64,000 nt of DNA from a bacterium (lineage in GTDB: Bacteria > Electryoneota > JAOADG01), in the NCBI GenBank assembly GCA_963681965.1, contig OY820579.1:1-64000 (forward strand), in the 5' to 3' direction. A program made the position numbers and the translations under genes. The notes beneath the pieces are model-generated. The model was not told the DNA's origin. It saw nothing but the letters and a program-made list of their open reading frames with translations, and did not search any database. This document shows positions 20,577 to 30,700 of this stretch, in pieces. The stretch's first letter is position 1. Every line of letters begins with the position of its first letter.

Positions 20577-20640
20577 CGCAGGTTCGGATATCTGCGCCAC
20601 CGACGGGATTGGGATTCGGGTTTGGGAATTGGTGGTTAGG
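20577..20640. repeat. Single REP plus G-rich spacer upstream of speE
   Basis: CGCAGGTTCGGATATCTGCGCCACC followed by GGGATTGGGATTCGGGTTTGGG. Confidence 0.6.
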
Positions 20641-20673
20641 AAAAACCACAAATCGATACAAGAGGGAAACAGG

Positions 20674-21513
20674 ATGACCAGTGAATTTCGCGAAACCTAC
20701 GAAGGGGGCTGCTTTTTCGGCTTTTCGGTAACGGAGATGCTCGCCACCCAACAATCTTCCTTTCAGAAGATCGATCTTTTTCGTTCGACTTCGCACGGCG
20801 TCGTGTTGGCGCTCGACGGTCTGATTCAGTTGACGGAACGCGACGAATACGTCTATCACGAAATGATTAGTCACGTTCCGCTATTGGTTCATCCCGATCC
20901 GGAACGCGTTCTGATCATTGGCGGCGGCGACGGCGGCACGGCACGCGAAGTGTCACGACATTCGCTGGTAAAGCATATCGACATGTGCGAGATTGACGGG
21001 ATGGTCGTGGATCTATGTAAAATCCATTTTCCCTCGACGGCGGTCGGTATGGATCATCCGAAAGTCAACGTTACGATCGGCGATGGGATCGAGTGGGTGA
21101 AGCAGAGTGCCGATCACTCTTACGATGTGGTGATTATCGATTCGAGCGATCCGGTCGGACCGGGAATCGGTTTGTTCAATGCCGCATTTTACAATCAGGT
21201 AAAGCGAATTTTGCGACAAAACGGTGTGGTTGTCGCACAAGGCGAAAGCCCGTTGTATCAGGCACCGGCAGTACGGAACCTGCGCCGCGCGATGCGCGAA
21301 GTCTTTCCGATTACGGCAACCTATCTGGCATCGATTCCGACGTATCCGAGTGGGCTCTGGAGTTTTGCATATGCCAGTCTCGGGATTGAGCCATTCGAGA
21401 TCGATCACCATCGCGCCAAAGCAATTACGAGTGAAAGCAAGTACTACAACGAGGGGATTCATCACGCAGCATTCGCATTGCCAACGCATCTCTACAAGGA
21501 GCTGGAAGCATGA
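20674..21513 (+). CDS. speE: Polyamine aminopropyltransferase (spermidine synthase)
   Basis: LDGLIQLTERDEYVYHEMISH, VLIIGGGDGG, CEID, YDVVIIDSSDPVGP, IPTYPSG. Confidence 0.96.
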   Translation: MTSEFRETYEGGCFFGFSVTEMLATQQSSFQKIDLFRSTSHGVVLALDGLIQLTERDEYVYHEMISHVPLLVHPDPERVLIIGGGDGGTAREVSRHSLVKHIDMCEIDGMVVDLCKIHFPSTAVGMDHPKVNVTIGDGIEWVKQSADHSYDVVIIDSSDPVGPGIGLFNAAFYNQVKRILRQNGVVVAQGESPLYQAPAVRNLRRAMREVFPITATYLASIPTYPSGLWSFAYASLGIEPFEIDHHRAKAITSESKYYNEGIHHAAFALPTHLYKELEA

Positions 21514-22373
21514 ACGAACTCCCTTGGCTGAATGCTAGTTACCTCAGTGCCACCCACTCCCCAGCCGATTCCGAGATCGCGTTGCTGGGAGCGCCATACG
21601 ATTCGACGACGAGTTTTCGACCGGGAACACGTTACGGTCCCGCGGCGGTGCGGTCGGCGAGTTACGGGATTGAAAGCTATTCGCCGCAACTGCATCGCGA
21701 CTTGGACGACATCAAACTGTGCGATATGGGCGATCTCGAATTACCATTCGGTCGACCGGAACGTGCCTTCGAAGTGTTGCGCGCGGGTGTCAACCATATT
21801 CTCAATTTGGAATCGATTCCGCTGATTATCGGCGGCGAACATTCGCTGACATTACCGTGTGTGGAAGCTATTCGCGAACAGTATCCGGACTTGCATTTGA
21901 TCGTATTCGATGCGCATTGCGACCTCCGGGAGGAATATCTCGACGAACCACTCTCACATGCTTGTGTGATGCGCCGGTGCTGCGATTTGCTCGGTACGAA
22001 ACGAGTGCATCAATTCGGTATCCGGAGCGGTACGCGCGAAGAATTTGAGTATGCGCGTCATCATCAGTTGCAACATCCGTTCACAGCGGAAGCATTCGCG
22101 GCAGAGCTGGATAAAATCGGCGATCATCCGATTTATTTTTCAATCGATCTCGATGTGCACGATCCCGCCTGTTTCCCCGGCACCGGTACGCCCGAACCGG
22201 GTGGCGTGACTTACAGCGATACGTTCAAATTGATCGAACAATTGCTGCGAAAAAAGGTGGTGGCTGCCGATGTGATGGAACTCTCGCCGCATTACGATAG
22301 CAGTGGTTGCAGTGCGGTGCTGGCGGCGAAAGTCGTGCGGGAGTTGGCTTTGATTTTGACTGCTAAAAAGTAG
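21510..22373 (+). CDS. speB: Agmatinase (ureohydrolase)
   Basis: TSFRPGTRYGP, GGEHS, DAHCD, SHA, SIDLDVHDP..PGTGTPEPGG. Confidence 0.95.
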   Translation: MNELPWLNASYLSATHSPADSEIALLGAPYDSTTSFRPGTRYGPAAVRSASYGIESYSPQLHRDLDDIKLCDMGDLELPFGRPERAFEVLRAGVNHILNLESIPLIIGGEHSLTLPCVEAIREQYPDLHLIVFDAHCDLREEYLDEPLSHACVMRRCCDLLGTKRVHQFGIRSGTREEFEYARHHQLQHPFTAEAFAAELDKIGDHPIYFSIDLDVHDPACFPGTGTPEPGGVTYSDTFKLIEQLLRKKVVAADVMELSPHYDSSGCSAVLAAKVVRELALILTAKK

Positions 22374-22398
22374 TCGGGTCGCGAAGATATTGATTTTG

Positions 22399-22426
22399 AA
22401 CGGGCGTGAATGCGCCCGTTTTTTTT
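22399..22426 (+). terminator. Intrinsic terminator after speB
   Basis: AACGGGCG-TGAATG-CGCCCGTTTTTTT. Confidence 0.75.
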
Positions 22427-22445
22427 ATGTCGGGTATCCTGAATG

Positions 22446-22717
22446 GTCGTTGCTAAGCCGCTATCGGCGGCTGTGGCAATCTATCTTTTGGTAGCGGTGG
22501 TTCGCGAACCGCCCGTGTCTGATCTAGATAAACGATCGTAATCGGATTCACAATTAAAATGCTGTTATATCCCGTGCATATAATTAAAATTTGTGCAACC
22601 TTCAGGCGACACGGGCGGTTCGCGAACCCCCAGCGGGGGCGGCGTTGCCCCTACCATAAATGGGCGGGCGTGGGAGCCCGCCCCTACAGGCGGGAGGGCT
22701 CACGAGCCCTCCCCTAC
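22446..22717. repeat. Cluster of diverse REP-like palindromes including an inverted pair
   Basis: GTCGTTGC...GTGGCAATCT; inverted pair GGTTCGCGAACCGCCCGTGTC / GACACGGGCGGTTCGCGAACC; three hairpins ending CCCCTAC. Confidence 0.8.
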
Positions 22718-22730
22718 TTCACAATATGAA

Positions 22731-25724
22731 TTATTTCAACAGCACAATCTTCTGTGTCTTCGAAAACGTGCCCGCCTGCAATCGCACAAAATACGTCCCA
22801 CTCGCTAATCTCGAACCATCGAGCAACACGCGATAGGTTCCGGCACGCTGCTCGTGCTGCACGAGCGTCGTGATTTCGCGACCGGTAAGGTCGTAGAGAC
22901 GGAGATCGACGTGAGATGTGGTCGGAAGAGAATAGGAGAGGGTGGTGGTGGCGTTGAAGGGATTGGGGTAATTCTGCGCTAACGCGAAATCGGATGGTTG
23001 TATGAATCGTTCCGGTGTACTGGCTGACGAGTCCGGAAAAAGTGTCAAACGCGCAATGAACCCATCAGTAACCCCGTTGAAACTCGTGTCACCGACCTCC
23101 GGTGTCGTTGGAAAACCAGGTCCACAAATACCAGTAAAAATAATTTCATCAGAATGGTGCCTTATACTAGCAAAACCTCCAGTAGTGCCTGTCCCACCAA
23201 AATATGTACTATATATCAATTGCGATGTGTTGATTTTGAATTTAGCAATAAAACAATTGACAGTTCCATTCAGATGATGTGAATAAGCCCCAAATGTTGT
23301 TGGGAAATTCGTACTATAAGTTGCACCTACAACTATAACGCTAGTATCGCTATAATACAGGATACTTCTACCTATATCCTCACCAGAACCACCGAGATAA
23401 GTACTATATAAAAGATTCGATCCAGTACTGTCGAGATAAGAGATGAAACAATCACCGAGAACAGTTCCACCACCATTATATGCTGTGTTATACGCACCTG
23501 CAGTAACAGAAAAATTCAGACTTGTTGTATTACCAGTGATAACACAGTTACCATTTTCATCACTCACGATTGAGCCAGCGATTTCTTGGTTACCGGAACC
23601 ACCGAGATAAGTACTGTACAGCAACTGTGAGCCGGTCGAATTCAAGCGTAGCACAAATGCATCCAAATCACCACCATTAAAAGTCGTATCGAACGCATTG
23701 GGGGTTGTTGGGAGTCCTGAATGACAATATCCAGTTGAGATAATTCCACCCGATCCATCAGGAGTAATCGAATAACTATTTGTCATAGGACTTATAACTG
23801 TGCTATACAATAAACCAGAACCCGAGTTGTTGAGATGTATTAATACACCACCAATTTCTGCCGAATCGAATACTCCCGGTGTGGTTGGAAAATTCAAACT
23901 ATTAGTAATGCCTCCAATAAACACACTTCCGCTATCACCAGACAGAATGGAATGTCCATCATCGTAACCGTTACCGCCGATGTAAGTACTATATAAAAGT
24001 CTCTCGCCAGAACTATTTAAACGGGCGATGAAACAATCGCGTTCGTCACCATTATACGATCGATCGAAAGCACCAGCAGTAGTTGGGAATTGCGAGCCGG
24101 AATATCCGGTGATTGTACTATTGCCCAAAGAATCACTGACAATACTTTCTGCGCGATCGTCATCCGGTCCACCGAGAAAAGTACTGTAGATCAGTCGTGA
24201 AAAAGTACTATCCACTCTTGTGACGAAACAGTCGCCAGTACTAACCGATGCGCCATTGTAGCTACCATCGATAGCTCCAGCAGTGATTGGAAAATCGTAA
24301 CTGTTTGTGCAACCACAAATGATGACTCCTCCACTACCATCATTAGCAATACCATCTCCATAATCGTTTCCACCACCCCCCAAATAGGTACTATACACTA
24401 GTGGATCGATTCGTAGTGTTTGCGAGGGATCGTACCCATTTGGTAAATCGATCGCGAAGAGATTTTCTGACACGAGTCTGAATTGTGCTGTGACATCGGT
24501 TCCGCGAGCGCCATTCACAGTGGTTTGGTTTGCTTCCGGAATTTTCATTCGGAGTTCGCCGAGGGAGGTGGGTAACACCAATTCAGTCTTGGTGGCGCAG
24601 GCCTCCGAGCCTGCGTTTTGTATCTTGATTTGTCGTTGCGAGGAATGAAACGTAGGAACGTGCGAAGCACTTCCGAAGTGGAATGACGAAGCAATCTCCG
24701 TTTTTTCTTTTTGTGCATCTTTAACAGATAGGGGCGAATGCGATTCGCCCCTACGTTCGCAGGCTCGGAGGCCTGCGCCACCAACAAACGAAAGATCTTC
24801 TGTCAACCCTTCGCATACCATCTTGATTTGCTTGGGGTCGGCACCGGGATGTACTACGAAATCGAATTCGAGATGACCTTTGCTCTCATACCATTCGACA
24901 TCGATGCCATCCCAGACATCATGATATACCACGCGCGTAAAATTGCGGCAATCCGGTGCCCATTTTGTCGAATCATTTCCGAGGAAATAATTGTTGTGCC
25001 AGGATAGTTCGCCTTGAGCATTGATCCATTTCGCGGAGGCGTATTGCATACGCCCTAATCTTGTATCTTGAATCCTGATTTTGTATTTGCGAGGAATGAA
25101 CGTAGGAACGTGCGAAGCACTTCCGAAGTGGAATGACGAAGCAACCCCGAAGGGCTCACCGAAGGTAATCTCCTCCTGTATCATTGAATCTTTAAAAGAG
25201 TAGATTGCTTCGTCACTTCGCTGCGGCTTTCCGCCTACGGCGGACGATCCTTCGCTGCGTTCCTCGCAACGACAAGAAGCGACAAATTTAAATTTGAGGG
25301 CGTGAGATTTTAGGGGGAATTTACCAGACACAAGAGGATCGCAGGCTCGGAGGCATGCGCCACCAATAGAATAAGAGTTGGGTGGGAGGGATTGGGTGTT
25401 GGGAAAAGTTGAAAAGAGTGGATTGCCACAGGCGCCATTCGGCGCCTTCGCAATGACAGAGGAGGAATCGATCACGGAGGTGACGAGAGTGACACCATCG
25501 CGCTCAAGGAACCACGTAAACCCATCGCGCCGCACCTCGCATTTGTATACGACCGCCGAATCCCACTGTCCCTTGTTCTCGGTAAACTGGAAAGGGTGGG
25601 GAAGACGCGAAGATTGTACCGAGACGGCGTAGGAAATTTGCGGAAGAAGGATTGTGAAGACGAAGATAAGAGTCGTCGCGAATGCGAGCGGGGGTTGGTG
25701 TAGCGTACGATAGCGGAAAGTCAT
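22731..25724 (-). CDS. SBBP-repeat secreted protein with conserved N-terminal domain (FTENKGQW...LRIDP), T9SS-type CTD and three in-frame repeat-derived insertions
   Basis: FTENKGQWD, NYFLGND..KW, FDFVVHPGADP, YDPSQTLRIDP, repeated LLYSTYLGGSG.D, QNYPNPFN CTD; uninterrupted 997-codon ORF. Confidence 0.88.
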   Translation of the reverse strand: MTFRYRTLHQPPLAFATTLIFVFTILLPQISYAVSVQSSRLPHPFQFTENKGQWDSAVVYKCEVRRDGFTWFLERDGVTLVTSVIDSSSVIAKAPNGACGNPLFSTFPNTQSLPPNSYSIGGACLRACDPLVSGKFPLKSHALKFKFVASCRCEERSEGSSAVGGKPQRSDEAIYSFKDSMIQEEITFGEPFGVASSFHFGSASHVPTFIPRKYKIRIQDTRLGRMQYASAKWINAQGELSWHNNYFLGNDSTKWAPDCRNFTRVVYHDVWDGIDVEWYESKGHLEFDFVVHPGADPKQIKMVCEGLTEDLSFVGGAGLRACERRGESHSPLSVKDAQKEKTEIASSFHFGSASHVPTFHSSQRQIKIQNAGSEACATKTELVLPTSLGELRMKIPEANQTTVNGARGTDVTAQFRLVSENLFAIDLPNGYDPSQTLRIDPLVYSTYLGGGGNDYGDGIANDGSGGVIICGCTNSYDFPITAGAIDGSYNGASVSTGDCFVTRVDSTFSRLIYSTFLGGPDDDRAESIVSDSLGNSTITGYSGSQFPTTAGAFDRSYNGDERDCFIARLNSSGERLLYSTYIGGNGYDDGHSILSGDSGSVFIGGITNSLNFPTTPGVFDSAEIGGVLIHLNNSGSGLLYSTVISPMTNSYSITPDGSGGIISTGYCHSGLPTTPNAFDTTFNGGDLDAFVLRLNSTGSQLLYSTYLGGSGNQEIAGSIVSDENGNCVITGNTTSLNFSVTAGAYNTAYNGGGTVLGDCFISYLDSTGSNLLYSTYLGGSGEDIGRSILYYSDTSVIVVGATYSTNFPTTFGAYSHHLNGTVNCFIAKFKINTSQLIYSTYFGGTGTTGGFASIRHHSDEIIFTGICGPGFPTTPEVGDTSFNGVTDGFIARLTLFPDSSASTPERFIQPSDFALAQNYPNPFNATTTLSYSLPTTSHVDLRLYDLTGREITTLVQHEQRAGTYRVLLDGSRLASGTYFVRLQAGTFSKTQKIVLLK

Positions 25725-25860
25725 GGCGGCTCCGGTCGGACAGGTGTTCTATCAATAATAATGCGGACGGAGAGTGTTTACAAGCTAATTGATGAGTGAT
25801 AGGAGAAAATTTAATTAAAGGATTTAGATTCGACATCTGTTTTCAATTTGAGACACAGGA

Positions 25861-26190
25861 GGTGGTCAGAACAAGTTCTGACCTACGTAAAGAAGAGTCT
25901 TGCCGATTCGGAGTGCGGTAGTACTGCCCAACTTCGATTGGGCATCTTGTTTTTTTCAGTATTTGTCTATTAAAAAAAAGGATAGGATAAAATAATCGAA
26001 AAAAAGAGCCGATTCGGAGATCGGCAGTACTACAAGAAAATCGCAGGCTCGGAGGCCTGCGCCACCAACAGAATAGGGGGTGGGTGGTAGGGATTGGGAA
26101 ATGATAATAAAAGGATACAAGAACGCAGGCTGAAGCCTGCGGCTACGAATAAGATGGGTGGTGGGTCGTAGGTTGTAGGGTGTGGGGAAA
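25861..26190. repeat. REP mosaic cluster
   Basis: GTGGTCAGAACAAGTTCTGACCTAC, GCCGATTCGGAGATCGGC, CGCAGGCTCGGAGGCCTGCGCCACC, CGCAGGCTGAAGCCTGCGGCTAC with G-rich spacers. Confidence 0.88.
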
Positions 26191-26221
26191 GATAAAATTG
26201 AAAACAGAAAAAAGAAAAAAA

Positions 26222-27235
26222 TCAGAGCAATTTCGTGTCGTCGGTGACAGTCTCGCTGCGGAGCAAAAGAATATCGCGCCAATGGAGTTTGAAGATCAGC
26301 ATCGAGATGACACCTGTGATATTGTTCACCAGATACGAAACGATATGCGTAAGGAAGGCGATCACGACGGCTTGCTCTTCCGGCATACCATACGCCACCA
26401 AGCCCAATTTGCAGAAGAGATGATATGTGCCGACAAAACCGGGTGCCGCAGGAATCGTCGCACCGATGGCAGTCAGGACACTCACCGATATCGCAATCGG
26501 CAACGTAATTTGTTGCGGGAAATCGCCGGCAAAAACAATGAAGGTCATCGCACTGATGAGCCACATGACAAAAGTCAACAACAGTGCCGGAATCGAGACT
26601 TGCCAATGATAGATGCCATTCATCCCGATCGCCATCCGGTCGATCAGTCCCGCAATCCGCCCCAATTTGCGTTCGGGCGCATGTCCGACCCGCCAATGAT
26701 AGATTTTCAAGACGGTTAGAATGATCGCAATCACCGATGAGACGATCAGAACTGCCGACCAGGCGTAATGAAGGAACTCTTTGGGGAGATGACCGGAGGC
26801 AATCGCCACGATCAGCATCAAGACCAACGCAATCAGATCGATCATGCGCTCGAGCACGATATTGCCCAGTGCCTGAGCGCCGGAAAAATGGTACCGACGT
26901 TTCAGGAGAATCGCCCGAACCACCTCGCCGATTCGCAATGGCAAAACATTGTTTGCCAAAGCACCGATTTGCGACAGATGATAGACGGGAACCAACGGAA
27001 CTCGCTGCAGATGTCGGAGCAGCCATTGCCAGCGATAGGCACGAACCACAATAAATAAGAGATTAACGGCAATCAACAGACTTATCGACAAAATCGATAT
27101 TTTCGATAAACTATCGACAAGTCTTTGAAAATCAACGCCGTGAAATGTGAACCATAGCGCTGCGGCACTTACGACCACACCGATGGCACTATTTCTAAAA
27201 CCGTGACTTAGTTGCTGCTTCGATTCCATTCGCAC
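26222..27235 (-). CDS. Lysylphosphatidylglycerol synthase TM-domain (UPF0104, flippase-like) membrane protein
   Basis: RAYRWQWLL, NNVLPLRIGEVVR, ERMID, IPAAPGFVGTYH. Confidence 0.9.
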   Translation of the reverse strand: MRMESKQQLSHGFRNSAIGVVVSAAALWFTFHGVDFQRLVDSLSKISILSISLLIAVNLLFIVVRAYRWQWLLRHLQRVPLVPVYHLSQIGALANNVLPLRIGEVVRAILLKRRYHFSGAQALGNIVLERMIDLIALVLMLIVAIASGHLPKEFLHYAWSAVLIVSSVIAIILTVLKIYHWRVGHAPERKLGRIAGLIDRMAIGMNGIYHWQVSIPALLLTFVMWLISAMTFIVFAGDFPQQITLPIAISVSVLTAIGATIPAAPGFVGTYHLFCKLGLVAYGMPEEQAVVIAFLTHIVSYLVNNITGVISMLIFKLHWRDILLLRSETVTDDTKLL

Positions 27236-27348
27236 TTCCGGGACTGCCCGAATATATTACGTGAGACCGCACTGACAAAGTGTTGCCGGTTCCATTCGAC
27301 CGTGCTATAGCTTTTGCCATCGAAGATATCGTATCATAGTTTGCGATA

Positions 27349-27501
27349 GATAGTGTTTCTTTAAAATAAGTTGTGATGAATTGGTGTCTACCTCAAGGCG
27401 GACAGGTACAGACAAGAGTGTCTGTACCTACAAACACCTGCGGGCGACCGCGGGGAGCCGCCCCTACTAGTAATAACAACTTTTTTTCAAGAGATCCTAT
27501 C
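27349..27501. mobile_element. MITE-like element copy 3
   Basis: ATAGTGTTTCTTTAAAATAAGTTGT ... ACAACTTTTTTTCAAGAGATCCTAT; internal AGGTACAGACAAGAGTGTCTGTACCTAC and GGGCGACCGCGGGGAGCCGCCCCTAC. Confidence 0.7.
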
Positions 27502-27599
27502 GATTACCGATCGATCTACAAACCGAGACTTCCGATTTTTCCTAATCTCCGGGATGATCGCCATCACAACTGTTTTTATATCAATCGATATTTATCGAC

Positions 27600-27628
27600 T
27601 TGACAGGTTGTAGTGCTTCGATTAATTT
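27600..27628 (+). promoter_or_regulatory. Sigma70-type promoter for the C25/PorV locus
   Basis: TTGACA-N17-TAATTT. Confidence 0.6.
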
Positions 27629-27773
27629 AGGGCGTCACGACAAGGAGCGTACTCGAAACCAATTGTGATCGCGTCCGTAATACCCCCGGGAGTGAAGCCG
27701 GTTGGATCGGTAGTTCGCTCGTTGGGTGTTCAGTAAATCATTGAGACCGTTATTATTGGTTCGGAGGATTGTT

Positions 27774-30700
27774 GTGATCAAACAACGACTGCGACCCCGA
27801 TATCTACTCGGGTTGCTATGTATCTTGATGCCGATCGCCGGTATCGCACTCGCTGCAATTCTCAACCAATCTCCGATCTCTCCCGTTACCAGTACTACTG
27901 TCTCTGCAAAATCCAATTCATCCGGAACCAGCAAACAGGTACCCGTCGCACCACATTCGACGATCGACACAACCCTTGCCACTGCTGCCAAAGCGCGTGC
28001 CAGCGCCCGCTTTCTAACGAACAATTCCGGCAGTTACCGGTTTGAATTCCGCTATCCGGAACCCATCGTACAAACCCTTTCGGGAAAAACCGCGCCTTCG
28101 ATCACCGGAATTGCACCACAACGCACAGCGACAGGCTATCTGCTGCCAATCGATAATCGACCATTTGTCTGGACGAACGGACGCCCCTCGGTTCGGATTG
28201 TAGAAATTGAGACCGGTCAGAAAACGGTTACCGCCCTCTCCAAGTTCCCGCTAACCGTCGACGACAGCATTGTCGCGAACCCATTACCGGATCTTCCAGG
28301 CTTTCAACCGAGCCAATATATTTCCGCGACAACCTCGGGAACGTATCGCGGCATCCCGCTTGCCGGTTTGACAATTTACCCGGTTCGGTACAATGCCGCC
28401 AATCGCGAACTCCTTTATATCAAGCGCATTGTTGTAGAAATCTCGGGCAGCGGAAGTCTGCATGAACCGTCGGGACGTCCGGCATCCAGTGGCGAACGGG
28501 ACTATCTCTCACGCTTGACTGGACCCCTCTCGGCAACGATGAATAATTCGTTGCGTACGGGTCTACATGCTTCGGCATCGACGTTCTCCGGAACAAACGA
28601 CAATATCGCCCACGTCCGGATCGATGTGAACAAATGGGGAATCTACCGGATTACCGGTGCTCAATTGGCATCGCGCGGGGTACCGATCGGGTCGGTCATT
28701 CCGCGAACACTGATGATGCAATCCGAGGGTCAGGTGGTTCCGATCCACGTCGATGGCGATGAAGACGGTCAATTCACGGCAGAATCCGCTATTGAATTTT
28801 TTGGACGACCACCCTTGCCGGAAGATACAATCAATGCTCCCGATTTAACTGGAAATCGGTACACTAGTTACAAAGCCTACATCTTGAGTTGGAACGGTCG
28901 GAATGGTGTTCGGATGCCGGAAGTGTCCGGTCAGATCAAGACAACGGCTTTGGGTCATTACTTTCAAGTGACCTCCGGACCGCTTCGCGTTCACTTTGAA
29001 GCCAATAATTATAATGCCAGTTTATCCGAAGTCGATGACGAAACCCGTGACCGTTGGTTCTGGGATGCGGGTATCGAACGCAATGCCATCCGCGATTATC
29101 CATTCGATTTGGCATATCCCGATACGTTGGCATACACACCGATTCGAATCAAAGTCGCGATGCATTCGCTCACCGGTTTGCAAGCCAAACACCACGCTTA
29201 CGTTCTGCTGAACAATATTTCGGAAAATGTGTTGGAACTGGGTCGCGAGACGATCCAAATTACTCGCTACGATTCGACGAACGGTAGTACCCGAACATTC
29301 GACAGCATCGCTTACAACTGGGGTGGGCAGGAACTTCGGATCATTGAATCGAATTCGACTCAAGGAATCAACAATACCAATATCCGGCACGGGCAAAACT
29401 TAATTTCTATTTTTTCACCCGGCGATACTCCGACCTCGACTGCAACAAATCGCATCGCATTAAACTGGTTCCAAGTTGAATATCTGCGATTGACGAATGC
29501 TTATCGCGACGAATTGCGAGTCGGTACGCCGCGAACCGAGCACCCTGACACGCTTTATGATTTCACCTTCCGGAATTTCACCAATCCGGATATCCATATT
29601 TATCGGTGGGGCAGTGCGAAAGTGATTAACGGTACGGTGGAGCGATATTTCAGCCCGAATCATACGCCATTGTATCAGGTTCATTTCCAAGACGCACCCG
29701 GTCTTTCCACGGAATATTACGCAGTAACCGGCAATCGTAAGCTCGCGGTTCCCGATTCGATGTTTGAATATATTGCACCGGATTCGCTGGTCGATCCACC
29801 AAATGGTGGTGCCGAATATCTGATCATCGGACCGAAATTTTTGTTAGAGACTCCGCAACTTGCGGAATTGATCCGGATTCGCTCGCAAAATTACAATGGC
29901 GCGATGACCGTCGATTTGGAAAAGATCCTGACTCGATTCGGTCAAGGGATGTTTCACCCGAAAGGGATCCGCGACTTCTTGAAGTATGCTGTCGCGAATT
30001 GGCGTATTCCTCCGACCACCGTCATGCTGCTGGGCGACGCGCAATCGAATCAGCAATTCAATCCACGCCACGGTGGATCACTCATTCCTCATCCGATGAT
30101 GCCGGTTTCGTACGTCGGTCTGGTTGGCTCCGATACGTGGTATTCATTACTCGACGACAGTTATATCCCGAGTATCAACATCAGTCGTGTATCGGCACGG
30201 TCGGTGCAGGAAGCAAGCGATTATTTCGATAAAGTGCTGGAAGTTGAACATCAACAGCAACCGCAGCGTTGGCAAAACACGATTTCTTTCTTGCGCGGTA
30301 ATGGCGGCAACGGTCTATTCGAGCAATACGATTTCAGTCACCAACAGATGCTTGGACCGTATTACGACTATGTGAATTTGCAGATCAACTACGCCGATTC
30401 GATCTTCTATGGCGGTCGCCCGGGTGTTTGTACTAATAACCTGAAGAAGATTTTCAATCAAGGCACGTCGCTGATGATTTACAATGGACACGGTGGCGGT
30501 CGGATCTGGGCGGATAGTGGTTTGTTCCGAAGTGAAAATGTAGCCGAATTGCAGAATCGCGGTAAGTACCCATTGATCTGCAACTTCTCCTGCTTCATCG
30601 TGACTTTCAATGGTATCAATCAACGATCGACCATGGGTGAGGAATTTATTTTCGCACCTCAGCGCGGCGCTACCGGAGTATTCGGCACGACGGGATTGGG

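Noticed and set aside
25956-27026. 356-aa minus-strand ORF
   Set aside because: Alternative frame overlapping the well-supported flippase-like gene and running into repeats.
27630-27725. Possible riboswitch or ncRNA in the C25 gene leader
   Set aside because: Some pairing potential but no match to aptamer consensus sequences I know.
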